64,000 nt of DNA from a virus, in the IMG/VR virus record IMGVR_UViG_3300009790_000004, positions 45,783 through 109,782 of that record; one strand, 5' to 3'. A model generated the notes under the pieces. The model did not search any database. It was given only the letters and a program-made list of their open reading frames with translations, and was not told the DNA's origin. The position numbers and the translations under genes are program-made. How positions within the stretch are numbered: the first letter of the stretch is position 1; each line of letters begins with the position of its first letter. Positions 45,401 to 54,300 of this stretch are shown here, piece by piece.

Positions 45401-48400
45401 TGTAGGTATCATGACAGTCACAGTAATTCCTGGTGGTCGTTTAATACATGATGGAGACTTTGTAAGATTTGATAACGACTCTATTAGATTTACTTGTGAT
45501 ATGGATGGTGGAACATCTACTAAGTCTTATCCAAGATCTACTGATCCTTATAGTGGTAAGTGGATGCCTATTACAGGTATTGGAACTACTAGTTTTGCAG
45601 TTCAAGTAGGTAAGTCACCCATACAACCTTTTGGTATCACCAGTGCGATCTATGACCCCACTGCTGGTATTGTGACAGTTACTATACCTGATCATACTTT
45701 AATGACTGGTACTAGCATAAGATTGTCACCTGAATCATTTGCATTTAGATGTGGTCTTGATACTTATCAAAGTGTACACAGATATCCTAGAGCAACTGAT
45801 ACTGTTGGTTACAATACTGCAGTTTCAATTGCTTCTACTACTGCAAGCACTATTTCATTCCAGATACTTCCAAGTCAACCATCAAGTAATGTATCAACTC
45901 ATCATCATGTACCTAATGATAAGTTAAGTCCAATTGGTGCAAGTTATGATCCTGTTGTTGGTATCATGACTGTTACAGCTAACAATCATGGACTTTCAAA
46001 TGGTGATTATGTCAAGTTTGATGATGGATCAGTTAGCTTTACATGTACTAGAGATAATAATAAGTCTGTTCATGCATATCCTAGAACAAAGGATCCTTAT
46101 CACAATAACTGGATTAAAGTTTCTAATGTGACTACAAATACATTCAGAGTGAATGGTATGAGGTCATATGACAACGCCACACATACTTTTGTATCTGGTG
46201 TATCGGATAGTATTACAAGATCTGTAATCGTCAGTGGTGGTGCGTATAATCACACCTTCGCTAGTGCTGGTGTGGGTAGTATGGATCAGAAGCGTGATAG
46301 AACTTATGATCAACCAGTTAAGATTACTGCTGGATATACAGCAGATACTATTGAAAATGCTGATTATAATCCTGTAACGGGTAATATGACTGTTACAGCA
46401 ACTGGTCATGGAATGATGAATGGTGATTATGTATTATTTGAAAATAATTCTATTGCTCTTAAGTGTTCACAAGATAATTACGCTACTGTTCACACATATC
46501 CAAGAGCATCAGATCCAGTTAGCGGTGATTGGGTAGCAATTGGTAGCACAACTCTAAACACATTCGTAGTTGATGTTGGTAAGACAGCATCTGGTGATGT
46601 ATACGCTCATAGTTTTGTAAGTGCAGCAACAAGTGCTATTGAATTTGGTGGAGATTATCCACATCTATTTGTAAGTGCAAGTGAAGGTGCAGTAAATGTT
46701 AAGAGTGGTGCATCAAATGGACAAGAATTAACTCCTAATGCAGTTTCTTATGTTGCTTCTACTGGTGTTCTAACTCTAGGTTTTGCTACTTATCATGGAA
46801 TGACAACTGGGGATACTATTACACTTGATGATGACTCCTTGACTATGACATGTGCTAGGGATAATCATGGTAGTAATCATACATATCCTCGTTCAACTGA
46901 TCCTATCAGTGGTGTAACAACTGGTATTACTACTACATCAACAACACAGTTTACTCTTAATGTTGGTATTTCCACCCTAACTTGGGCAAATATTACTGGT
47001 GCAACTTATAACGGCACTACAGGTGATATGACCTTAACTATTGGATCTGCTGCTGTTGCCGTTGCCGTAGCAAATAATCTTAAGGTTGGTATTGTCACTG
47101 ATTCTATTACAATGACTTGTGATAGAGATGGTAATACTGCTCAGAAGACATATCCTCGTTTAACAGATCCTATCCACAGAAAAGTGGTATCTATTGGATC
47201 TACTGCTAATACTACAATTACTCTTAATGTTGGTAAGTCCAATTCAGGTGATCAGTATACTCATCAGTTTGCTGGTGCAGTAGCAAATTCTCTTAGAAAA
47301 CAGAATGGAACAATTACATTCCAAGCAGGAATTGCAACTGATACTAGTGAGCATCGTTTTGATATTATGGGTGGTCATCAAGCATTAAATGCAGTCATTA
47401 GTGGTGGAAATTATGCTCATACTTTCGTAAGTGCAGAAAGTGGTGCTGTTAAGACTGGTGGTGGATTCAACCATCGTTTTGTTAGTGGTATTGCTAGTGC
47501 TTTATATGTTGATGCTTGGTCTGGTGCTGCTCTAACTGTATCAAATGCAGTATACAATCCCGAAACTGGAATTGTAAGATTTACTGCTAAGGATCATGGA
47601 TTAGTTACTCCAGAGAATTTCAAATTTGAAGGTATTGGTGTTACATGTGCATATGGAGCTAAGACATATCCAAGTGGAGTTCAAGGTTATCATTATACAG
47701 TTAGATCAGTAGGAAATACTACATCATTTACCACATTCGTTGGATTCTCTACTGTACAGCATGATTACACTGGTGGTGGATCAGTACAGGTTGGAGTTAC
47801 TAGTAACAAATTCCCAAGTTTTGACGAAGCATATCCTGTTGCAGGAATTATTTCTGATAGATCATTTAAGGTGAATGTTGGACCTAACACTATTACACAT
47901 TCTTATGTTAGTGGTGGTCAAGTTGCTCAATGGCATCCACTTACATATGGTTCTGGGTATCAAACTGGACTAGGAACTATTGGTATTGCAGTATCTTCTC
48001 CAACTGGAGGAGTAGGTGCTCAAATTAATGCAGTTGTTGGTGCTGGTGGATCTTTAATATTCAGCATTGGTGCTGGTGGAACTGGATATACTGGTGAATA
48101 TGATTGTGTTCATGCTCCAGAACCAGATGGTGAGAATATGCCTATTCGTGGTTTATACAGAATAGGTGGTGGAACAGAAACTGGTGTGGGTTGTTCTATT
48201 AGTGTTCAAATTGCAGGTGTTTCCACTTCTACTGGTATTGGATCAACTTTAGCAGAAGTAACAGAATGGGAATTCACTAAGAAAGGTTATGGATTTAAGC
48301 GTGGTGATAAATTTACTGTTGCTGGTCTATCAACAGATCCTAATGCGGGTGATAATTATAAGGACTTTGAAATTGAAGTTATAGAAGTATTCACTGATCA

Positions 48401-49739
48401 AGTTGCTTCTTGGCAGTTTGGTAATATTGATTATCTTGATAATATCAAACCAAATCAAACTGGAAATCAGAAGAGATTCCCACTTTATTATCAATCTCAG
48501 TTAGTCAGTTTTGAAATTGATAGAAACGATCAAGATTCAAGAGAAATTGATCTCTCAACTGTTTTATTAGTATTCATCAACGGAGTAGTCCAAGAACCAA
48601 ATAAAAATTATATCTTTACTGGTGGTTCTGTTATAGAATTCTCTAGTGCTCCAACTGTAAATGATAATGTTGTTATTTTCTTCTATAGAGGAACAATAGG
48701 ACAAGATAGTTACATTTACGACATTAATGAAACTATCAAGGTTGGTGATACTTTAAGATTAGATAAGAGTGCTGAAATGCAACTCAACAAGGTTGTTAAA
48801 GATCAGTCAAACTTTGCTCAGATCGAAAATAGAATTATTAAGAGGATTGATAGTGCTGCTACTGTTGAAACTCCATTCTATCAAGGTCCAGGTATTAGTA
48901 ATGATAACTACAAACCACTTACTTGGACTAAGCAGAAGAAGGATCTATTTGTTGATGGTTCCTTAGTTTCTAAGGCAAGAGATTCATTTGAAGCTCAAAT
49001 CAATCCATTAGGTCATATTATTGGTGTTCTTACAACAACTGATAACTATGTCTTTGTTGACACTGTTGGTAACTTTAGAGATACTGATAATCAATTAGCA
49101 GAATCATTTGGATTACTTGCTATTGCTCCTGTTGGATTTGGTACAACAGCAGCTCCTGGAGTCAATTATGAAAATATATCTGGTGTTGAACCATTAGTTG
49201 CTGATGTTCAAGGATACATAGGTGTGGTTACTGGTATAGGAACCACTGCTGGTATAGGAACAGATCTAGCAATTGAACTCCTAATTGATAACCAAGATTA
49301 TGTTAATAGTGGAGGAGATGCTACTGGATTGTCAACCAACTATCCATTCAGATTATATGGAACGGGCATCAATACGGTAGGAACTGCTATAACAAGTATT
49401 GATTCACATGATACTGATATAGTTTCTATCAGTACACATTATGGAGATAATATTTACTATGCGAGTGCAATTAGTTTCCGTAATAATGGTCGTCAGGGCA
49501 TCATTACAGCAAACATAGCATCTTACTCAGATACCAGTGACATGGTTGGGGTAGGATCAACCGCATTCGCTTACGCTCACTTCACTTGGGGAAGATTTGG
49601 AAATGTCAGCAGAGCAGCTGCTCCAATCAGTCTTGATGTTAAGGGACTGTCTTATGACAACGAACTTAGCAATTTCCCTCTAGTTTTACGAAGGGGTGTC
49701 GGGCATAGAGGAACAGGAGCTCTGCCTAAACTTCTATAA
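33462..49739 (+). CDS. gp7: Giant baseplate wedge initiator gp7-like protein (5425 aa)
   Basis: Between gp6 and gp8; LYEAKGT..SFKILF, HSPIIGWAYDG (YHYH-like), DNDYYQNMSYAI and VHPAGF motifs; large repeat insertion. Confidence 0.85.
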   Translation: MIETYSPLSPRVKTYQVVSELIPEFAKSENPLFSKFLEQYYISQDFQGGPADIAENIDAYIKVDNLTTDVIRGTTTLVGTISSTDTTITVDSTDGYPQKHGLFKIDDEICGYTGLTTNSFTGVWRGFSGISTFTKQNDPSALVWEQTVAGVHTTGANVVNLSSLFLKEFYKNLKAMYTPGLEGVTLSPQLDVNNFIKEARSLYEAKGTRASFKILFKALFGVDPKINDLEKYLIKPSFANYLRRRTVSVQLISGDPSKLVGQTLFQDNDPTNPQFNEASGPISEVSNIREDYYKLSLFTGFEERGLTDGTFIVPGRSNNVGKIGIGASVITVDSTIGFSSIGNIKVGEIGTSFYQTFTYGSKSINQFFDVTPSVSIEIPSNSTVSTFNVVHGFEDGDSSKKVEMRLTGVLSDFITSRSLRNLKSTSDIKVKNLGRYISNPNINKTYDEVFFNSWIYNTSSRYQISNWGGSNFTLVGNIEKSSLKTGDRIEILRRNSEVVVAPSLIVASINASAKSISLDGTIPTLDISLDYDIRRLQDKVKSSIVPVKGGQDQLLTDINNAYIVDESKSESGKREAYVASSSLPSYTIKADRIHAVLNNPSLGGGNWDGYNSVENKYSIISFATDVPFETGDEVIYAPDPGTEVIGGLSSPSYFVEVLGSPNQIKLYASRSFIKANLPTYFTAPSTTVGRHDFILATQGTRNIFPARPIKRFILEQQLKSGKEGQTTSEVTVDGNTAMLINGIEVLNYKGADQIFYGPVDNLNVINSGILYDVQAAPNITITDAAVSVANTAGAVPVLSGIVSSIVIDPSDYDLDKVISVEIYGGNGSGAVGRALIEERFRQVYFNGISTNLGGDVSATYNTFNLDKDHNFLTGDRIVYNNNGGSNIGIATTGSSSDSLTLFSGQDYYINVWNSKVFSLHNRKSDAVIGINTILIDENAAQSNAGLHIFRTFDKNRTISRVAVEEVGSNYSNRNLFVKSVGINTFNDSIEFINHGLTDGDVLEYDNNVNPIITGLSTTKQYQVLKIDKDKFRLAEAGNKGDREPTETNYINRQNIFLDSTGIGTGYHHFKYPPIVCKVKVLTKDQQERELTATPVVRGNIKEILMYEQGANYGSTILNFPNPPIINIPFGRLGQIGLIISNGTITDAYVANGGSGYVGPPDLNVVSAATTSTGAILRSIVNDAGKITDVKVISGGVGYADTNTSVNVVPVGSEFRAEASVRALTVNKAYRLDQSEMDYLQPIGDGLAVNVVGYGNSVRSFFGDDGSGHSPIIGWAYDGNPVYGPYGLVDTNNIQSNVKKMESSYEISAASIENRPPSSQFPYGYFIDDYVYTGNGDLDEHNGRYTKTPDFPQGVYGYFATVDLLNDPQFPFFIGNTYRSQAIEENTVKGQLIDQTNFDFAGSSLVRNTQPYGLFGDGVSYDYVFQPYNTNNQVSNPSNLLEGSIESINILTGGSGYSIGDKLIFDETGTNGVGVDAEVQQLYGEPIDNITSSVTTLSDLPIKHTRQGVVFKSSPYHEFTGSDTVRITGISTYIKGLDGFHKIAVASYGSSLRDNGYTGIITDLKVEFVPPNIAVGDSIGIGTETARILSFYPNEKIVRIERYAGFTTAATGAAVTFFTSEFTVPLEVNPFESKFQNLIYFNPKEAVGVGTTVGISTSVNVSLNGVTKERSILAQSIHLPNHGFLDNDKVTFDKRGNTDLFVTDSISPYTAPSALSGDYYVINKTADTIGLKTNTSGPDLFFTTTGADKANYSFVSNYRQESATVRRSQVTVQTTKNHGLEENDRFNLIVNTGLTTGIGTSTRATVKLIDGYTIINPLEIPTSGVNSTTSIITIQDHALETGFKVLLYGAGGDSSKLPGGLEQRPYFVYKIDDDTFQLCNTDKQLKTNPPEIVGFNSTGFSGQTINPINPPVSVFRNNNIIFDLNDTSLSGANLKFFYDKNTFNEYVGTGLTSNLEVVGFGTVGVGTTNPADMAYKQINYSENLKNTLYYAIEKGGYITTSETDVLYGNQIKYTNSGYNGKQYIATGVAGTSFTANIVAEPEKSRYTQSDCEDLYYTHIGVAATGGVSKIKINNAGFGYKKLPAVTSIGSSGISAELELFGNNVNLLEDVSVPTDVYGYPADNTLKPDAFLPRILQIKNASKVLSASVTFGGKSYLNAPSLAVYDKTTGEIVNNGLLTAELSDSAVNKVNVVVEPRGLTGNDYGIAPLRNSNGISVIEAFSDVGILTCKITTPILGYDTEPFTAGDIVYLEGIEFTAGSGDGFNSGDYKFVDFEIADYNSATNPREVTFAYTGLSTNPGIGATVVPGFGQIVKSGDLARFSALKSFSEFRINEPLRRNSDLYTDLVMTDLDTNTGIMVVSGSLNLEIDDQLTGTNSGDVCEVQAITEFDGYFDISSTIDTNVGWSDNIGLIGDNNQFLPDNDYYQNMSYAIESEKTYADLITYVNDIVHPAGFKNFANTQILTKGDAGESFVPAADAGGLVLDFVSDPLRIDAIYNYDISRDANSANNLSKFLELKQTRLADFILCKTNRVLLHDDISPQFISNESNDLSDSRVIAATLAGRYFSRYLVQTIHDAQDPLKNHYQMNELILITSGGDTYLVQKSALNNTNQVGLATGYGEFFAQYNVNNGQTQVRIKPYEPFDTNYDIKAMQQGFADATGTGQTSLGNAEVRSVNISVGTATTTQIVGFNTANLAGSHGHIAVINKSENKVDYHELILQHDGTDTYMTEVASFNNRQSLGGISSPQFMGTFTSEIDSGVVKLNYIHSESQSIDLRCKFMSFNPVGYGTTSVKHFNIPFTPEGSERSGRIIVGSSATTGIATICGITSFTDLSFKSTVSVSYGNTQTFHQIYVLSDPHKVDTFLSQGPIAAVGTTTGVGSFGAEFSGKNVNLEFYPDPGVTGIVSIFSYSEVIYKQNDPNGLLVGIGSFDYGQVFENVTQNTYLGINNRNIRKFGLKYQNTPIYQRAFNPENANEIDKGTGLITLKHFFSNTEKVSYLPDSNIVGLAASSLEYSTGYGSTVLPSTCYIVKSNNNQFYISTSITDARVGKAVTFASGVGQGNLHKFTMDKRDSKSIIALNGLVQKPLSHTSITYDLDVAVNGFVTCFALSGLSTITSGDLLKIDDEYSIVQTVGFGSTTTGPITGIGTWSLVEVERGTVGSSATVHSAGSTARIYRGAFNIVDSDIYFTNAPLGGDLGMIDPGNLPYPRASFGGRTYLRQDYSTNQIFDDNSDGFDGLENIFPLTSTGVAVTGIGSTGGNGVLFINSMFQAPFGENNEGVANFKIIEQSLGGIASVNYTGITSFGYTDLIIDVDDVNQNQLPRGGIIVSVASTPGQGYAPFKGAKVHVTTGAAGAITGITGISTTDDFINVESAIYDTRTGFVTVSTAQNHRLGVEDFAKLVGLEFTCNGYQHTYISDAGADSALEVGGNYPHQWVTSSSNSVEFGGSYAHQWVSANSNAVNVQSGSQSGTQKSPSSGTYDPATGVLSLTFGGNHNMSTSDTITLDNNSLFFKCARDNYATTHSYPRSGSDYISGITTAVTVTSTTSFTINVGTTPLQYFTPTAGDYNGATGNLTLTIGSAGVAAAVANNLKVGIITSSLTFRCARDGYATDHVYPRTTDPINNTVVTIGSTTATTITLPVGISTNVRYGVYSADYSGATGIIRISTGSSASQDANQPFAVGDLVGIGTNTLKFTCAKDNHATIHTYPRSSDPAHNVMLSVASTSQTEFTVDVGKSGLGYGNTIGITSFVYDHISGIATVLTVTPHGFSDPSMVGIATNALTFTCEMDGYKSNHLYPRSSDPINNKFLEIRNVTRDEFDVNVGISTQVTYTPTNAVYDPIAGIMTMTVGSHNIMSGTNIKIAQESLNFKCAMDGLSTTKSYPRVTDPYFDTAISVASTTATGIAITVGTSPTVNYSITTATYTPSTGIVTATIGQHALKDGTSIKLKDGSLIFRCATDGYASTSTYPRSTIDTQTINGATYDANVGIMTVTVIPGGRLIHDGDFVRFDNDSIRFTCDMDGGTSTKSYPRSTDPYSGKWMPITGIGTTSFAVQVGKSPIQPFGITSAIYDPTAGIVTVTIPDHTLMTGTSIRLSPESFAFRCGLDTYQSVHRYPRATDTVGYNTAVSIASTTASTISFQILPSQPSSNVSTHHHVPNDKLSPIGASYDPVVGIMTVTANNHGLSNGDYVKFDDGSVSFTCTRDNNKSVHAYPRTKDPYHNNWIKVSNVTTNTFRVNGMRSYDNATHTFVSGVSDSITRSVIVSGGAYNHTFASAGVGSMDQKRDRTYDQPVKITAGYTADTIENADYNPVTGNMTVTATGHGMMNGDYVLFENNSIALKCSQDNYATVHTYPRASDPVSGDWVAIGSTTLNTFVVDVGKTASGDVYAHSFVSAATSAIEFGGDYPHLFVSASEGAVNVKSGASNGQELTPNAVSYVASTGVLTLGFATYHGMTTGDTITLDDDSLTMTCARDNHGSNHTYPRSTDPISGVTTGITTTSTTQFTLNVGISTLTWANITGATYNGTTGDMTLTIGSAAVAVAVANNLKVGIVTDSITMTCDRDGNTAQKTYPRLTDPIHRKVVSIGSTANTTITLNVGKSNSGDQYTHQFAGAVANSLRKQNGTITFQAGIATDTSEHRFDIMGGHQALNAVISGGNYAHTFVSAESGAVKTGGGFNHRFVSGIASALYVDAWSGAALTVSNAVYNPETGIVRFTAKDHGLVTPENFKFEGIGVTCAYGAKTYPSGVQGYHYTVRSVGNTTSFTTFVGFSTVQHDYTGGGSVQVGVTSNKFPSFDEAYPVAGIISDRSFKVNVGPNTITHSYVSGGQVAQWHPLTYGSGYQTGLGTIGIAVSSPTGGVGAQINAVVGAGGSLIFSIGAGGTGYTGEYDCVHAPEPDGENMPIRGLYRIGGGTETGVGCSISVQIAGVSTSTGIGSTLAEVTEWEFTKKGYGFKRGDKFTVAGLSTDPNAGDNYKDFEIEVIEVFTDQVASWQFGNIDYLDNIKPNQTGNQKRFPLYYQSQLVSFEIDRNDQDSREIDLSTVLLVFINGVVQEPNKNYIFTGGSVIEFSSAPTVNDNVVIFFYRGTIGQDSYIYDINETIKVGDTLRLDKSAEMQLNKVVKDQSNFAQIENRIIKRIDSAATVETPFYQGPGISNDNYKPLTWTKQKKDLFVDGSLVSKARDSFEAQINPLGHIIGVLTTTDNYVFVDTVGNFRDTDNQLAESFGLLAIAPVGFGTTAAPGVNYENISGVEPLVADVQGYIGVVTGIGTTAGIGTDLAIELLIDNQDYVNSGGDATGLSTNYPFRLYGTGINTVGTAITSIDSHDTDIVSISTHYGDNIYYASAISFRNNGRQGIITANIASYSDTSDMVGVGSTAFAYAHFTWGRFGNVSRAAAPISLDVKGLSYDNELSNFPLVLRRGVGHRGTGALPKLL
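43560..47920 (+). repeat. Array of ~100-aa C-x2-D-x7-YPR modules inside gp7
   Basis: Twelve copies of the F-x-C-x-x-D-x7-YPR-x-x-D-P-like motif counted in the translation, plus degenerate ones; 27 identical bp at 44208-44234 and 47067-47093. Confidence 0.85.
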
Positions 49740-49742
49740 ATA
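49735..49742 (+). promoter_or_regulatory. T4 late promoter TATAAATA
   Basis: Exact consensus overlapping the gp7 stop. Confidence 0.85.
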
Positions 49743-49775
49743 CAAAAAAGTTAGACCTTTAGTTCTACAGATGTA

Positions 49776-51347
49776 ATGGCTGCAATTATCACAGACCAAT
49801 TTAGGATCATTAATGCTAATAATTTCGTTGATTCGGTGATTAGCGGAAATAATTCCTATTATACTTTTTTAGGTCTGGCCAATCCAACAGAAACTGGATA
49901 TGGGCGAACAAGTACTTGGAACAGTACTACGGTTCAGCCACCATCCCCCACAGATAGTATTAGTTACATAAACCATGTATACGATACTATGTTGTTTGGA
50001 AGAAAAGTTCTTCCTGGAGATGTTCGTAGATTAGTCCGAAAGGTTCAATGGACAAAAGGTACATCATATGACATGTACCGTCATGATTATGATGTGAATA
50101 ATAGGTCACTAGTTTCTAACTCTAGTAGACTGTATTCTGCAAACTATTATGTAATCAATAAAGACTTTAGGGTTTATATTTGTATTGACAATGGATCTGC
50201 TGGTATTACATCTACAGCAGGTGCTTCTCTTGACGAACCCACATTTACTGATCTTGAACCATCTGCTGCTGGTGTTAGTGGTGATGGATATTTGTGGAAG
50301 TATCTATTTACAGTCCCTCCTGCTGATATTGTAAAATTCGATTCTACTGAGTATGTTGCTGTTCCTAACGAATGGACATCAAGTCTTGAGAATGAAATTA
50401 AAGTTGTTAGGGACAATGGTGATTCAACGGTAAATAATAACCAAATTAAGGTTGTTTCTATCGATGGTCAAGGTGAAGGTTATTCATTCCTTGCAACTCC
50501 TATTGAAGTTGATATATTAGGTGATGGAACTGGGGGTAAAGTCCGAGTTCAGACCAATACAAATGGTCAATTAACTTATGCAAAAGTGACTGCAGGAGGA
50601 CAAGGTTATAGTTATGGAAGGGTTGATCTTTCTTCTATTAATGGTAGTGCTACAAAGTTTGCTAAATTAACACCTATCATTCCACCTTCTAGAGGTCATG
50701 GATATGATCTTTATAAAGAGTTGGGAACTGATAAGGTTCTGATCTATACTAGATTTGATAGTTCTACATACGATTTCATTTCTGACACAACATTCTCTCA
50801 AGTTGGAGTTGTTAAAAATCCTGTCGCTGCTGGTGCTGGATCTACTGCTGTTCTTAATACATCAGAATATTCTGCGGCTAGTGCGTTGAAGTTTACAGGT
50901 GATCTCACACAGACTCTTGCAGTCGGTTCTGAGATTACACAAAATAGACCTGGATTTGGAACTGCAAGAGGTTATGTTGCTTCATATGATGTTACTACAA
51001 GAGTAATTAAATATTTCCAAGATAGAAATCTTTATCTTCATCCTACTATATTTGACCAAACTGATAATATTGGTGTTGGTGGAGATGCGAAAGTTCTCGA
51101 ATTTAATGCTGCTGGTGATGCTGTCATCTCTAGCGGATTTAGTGTAAACATAGATTCAGGTTTTTCTGGAATCTCAACAACTACTCCATCTGGTAAAGTT
51201 GTGGATCTTGGCGTACAGTTTACAAGTGGTCTTGCTGGACCTGAAATAAATAAAAGAACGGGTGAAATTATTTACCTTGATAATAGACCATCTATTACAA
51301 GAAATGAACGCCAAAAAGAAGACATCAAAATCGTATTAGAATTCTAA
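49776..51347 (+). CDS. gp8: Baseplate wedge subunit gp8
   Basis: MAAIITDQFRI, DGYLWKYLFT and GEIIYLDNRPSITR..QKEDIKIVLEF motifs. Confidence 0.92.
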   Translation: MAAIITDQFRIINANNFVDSVISGNNSYYTFLGLANPTETGYGRTSTWNSTTVQPPSPTDSISYINHVYDTMLFGRKVLPGDVRRLVRKVQWTKGTSYDMYRHDYDVNNRSLVSNSSRLYSANYYVINKDFRVYICIDNGSAGITSTAGASLDEPTFTDLEPSAAGVSGDGYLWKYLFTVPPADIVKFDSTEYVAVPNEWTSSLENEIKVVRDNGDSTVNNNQIKVVSIDGQGEGYSFLATPIEVDILGDGTGGKVRVQTNTNGQLTYAKVTAGGQGYSYGRVDLSSINGSATKFAKLTPIIPPSRGHGYDLYKELGTDKVLIYTRFDSSTYDFISDTTFSQVGVVKNPVAAGAGSTAVLNTSEYSAASALKFTGDLTQTLAVGSEITQNRPGFGTARGYVASYDVTTRVIKYFQDRNLYLHPTIFDQTDNIGVGGDAKVLEFNAAGDAVISSGFSVNIDSGFSGISTTTPSGKVVDLGVQFTSGLAGPEINKRTGEIIYLDNRPSITRNERQKEDIKIVLEF

Positions 51348-51351
51348 GAAG

Positions 51352-54300
51352 ATGCCACAACAGACTAACCTTAATGTAAGTCCTTATTACGACGATTTTG
51401 ACTCTGACAAGGGTTATCATCGAGTTTTATTTAAACCTGGGTATCCTGTCCAAGCACGGGAACTATCTACTCTGCAATCTATTATGCAGAATCAGGTAGA
51501 GACTTTTGGTAGTCATATGTTCAAAGAGGGTGCATTAGTCATCCCTGGTGCAGTAACATTTGACGGACAATATTATGCTGTTCAGGTAAATCCAACACAT
51601 TTGGGTACGGATGTTTCAGTATATGCTAAGAATGTAATAGGAAAAAGATTTAAAGGACAAACTAGTGGTGTTACAGCAAAGGTAGTTAATTATATTACTG
51701 CAACAACTTCAGATAGAGATTATGATACTTTTTATGTAAAATATGTAAATTCCGCTACTACTGGAGATTTTTCTTTCTTCCAAGATGGTGAGATATTAGT
51801 TGCTGAAGATTCAGTTACTTATGGCAATACTACAATTAATAAGGGTGGAACTCTTGCATCAACAATTTCATTAAATGCATGTACCACTGGTTCTGCAGCT
51901 TCAATCGATGATGGTGTATATTTTATTAGAGGGTCTTTTGTAAAAGTAACTAAACAAACAATTATACTTGATCAATATAATCAATCTCCATCAACTAGAG
52001 TTGGACTTCAGGTTATAGAATCAGCAATTAGTGCAAAAGCAGATGATAGTTTATATGATAATGCCAAAGGATTTTCAAACTTTGCTGCTCCAGGAGCAGA
52101 TAGATTGCAGATAAAACTTACATTATCTAAAAAAGATATCACTGACTTTGATGATACTGATTTTGTAGAAGTACTTAGAGTTAAGGAAGGTGCTATCTAT
52201 TCATTAAAGAGGGATACTGAATATAACAAGATTAGGGATTATTTTGCTAAGAGGACTTATCAGGAGTCTGGTAATTATGTTGTTAACCCATTTATGGTTA
52301 ACATTGCTGATTGCCTTAATGATCGTCTTGGAAATGATGGTGTATATTTCAAAGGTCAAACTACTTTCGATGGTAATACCCCAAGTGATAATATTGCATG
52401 TTTGAAAGTATCGTCTGGTTTAGCGTATGTTTATGGATATGATGTTGATAAAAATGCTCCATCTATAATTGATTTTGATAAACCAAGGGAAACTCAGAAG
52501 GTTACGGATAGTTCATTTAATTTTGAGATGGGGAATAGGTTCCTTGTCAATAATGTAACTGGTATTACTACACTTACAAATCGAATTGATTTGATGGGTG
52601 GTCCTCATAATAGTGCTACTAATGTTGCTGCTGGTACTGCTTCTAAGATTGGTGACGCAAAAGTATATGGTCTTTCATTGAGAGATGCTGCGTATGAGAA
52701 TAATGGAACAGATTGGAATTTATATCTCTATGATGTTCAGACATACACAACATTAAAATTAAATGATAATGTATCTGCAGGAGAACTTAACGAATCTGCA
52801 TTTATTGTAGGTAAAGAGAGTGGTGCTAATGGATTTGCAGTTTCCGCAGGTGCTGGATCTAGTACTATATCAGTTACTCAGACTTCTGGATTCTTTAGAC
52901 CTGGTGAAAAAATTAGTATTAATGGTGACGAAACTGTATCTAGAACTGTTGAGCAAGTAACTCCATACGGTATTAATGATGTTTATAATTTTGCTCAGAG
53001 TGGAAATAGTTTCACTGCTGGTAAGAAACTCAACCCAATAATTCCAGTTGGTTTTGGTGCTGGTAATTTTAAAATAGTTGCTAACGGTACAGTTACTTCA
53101 CCAAGAGCAGATAGCTTCTTAGTTTGGAAACCAGGTGATATTTTTGTATATGAGTCACCAGTCAATACTGCTGGTAGTGCTCTTAACTTCCCAACTTATA
53201 ATGTAGTTACAGAAATTGCTGCTGATGGTCAATCGATGAAAGTCGGTGCAATGACTACTGTTAGTGATGTGTTTGATGGTGGAGTAAAGGCATTTGATGG
53301 AACCTGCTATAGAGGTGTTCAGGATGTTTCAGTACAAGATTCATCTTTAATCTCTAGAATTCCTGATATTGGAATATCTAATGTAGATTTTGGTGATGCT
53401 ACCTTATATCTAAGTTCTCAAGTAACTAACGAAAGTACCAATGCTTTAGGTCAATTGGTTCTTCCAATTACTTCAGTTGGTCTGGATGATGTAACTTTTG
53501 TCGCTTTTGATCAGGAAAGATATTCTGTTGCTTATTCAAATGGAACGGTTCAGTCTCTTACTGAAGATCAAGTTGTAATATCTTCAACTAGTATTACAAT
53601 GTATGGATTGACTCCAGGTCAAAGTAATGTTAGGGTTAATGTAACAGTTCAGAAATCAAATATTAAGAACAAAGTTAAAGAATATAAGAGATGTCAGCAA
53701 ACTGAAATTACTAGATCAGCGAATAAGAGGTCTGGTACTAATGCAGGAACTAGTATAAACGACGGATTAAATCATAGTAATCTATATGGTATTAGAGTTC
53801 AGGATAGAGATATATGTTTAAATTATCCTGATGTTTCTGATATTGTTGCGATATATGAGTCATTAGATACAAATTCACCTGTTCTTGATAAATTAACATT
53901 CACATCTACTGATGATGTCTTTACAGAAGCAATCATTGGTGAGAAAATTATAGGAAAAGTAAGTAGAGCTATTGCTAGAGTAGTATCTGTTGATTCTGGC
54001 AACAGTCAAATTAGTATTGTTTATCTAACTGATAATAAATTCACATTATTAGAATCATTAGAATTTGAAGAATCATCTGCAGTTGCTACTGTCCAAGCAA
54101 CTACTCCTGGTAAATTTAAGGATATTACTAGTAGCTATCTGTTAGATAAAGGACAAAGAAATCAATATTATGACTATTCTAGAATTGTTAGAAATGCTGG
54201 AGCATTTGTTCCTCATAGAAAAATTCTAATTATCTACAACAGATATGATGTTCCTAGTGGTGACACTGGAGATATATTTACTGTTAACAGTTATGGTGCA

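Noticed and set aside
33462-49739. Intein, intron or fused genes as the cause of gp7 length
   Set aside because: No intein splice motifs or homing endonuclease signature seen; the frame is continuous and the extra length is repeat modules.
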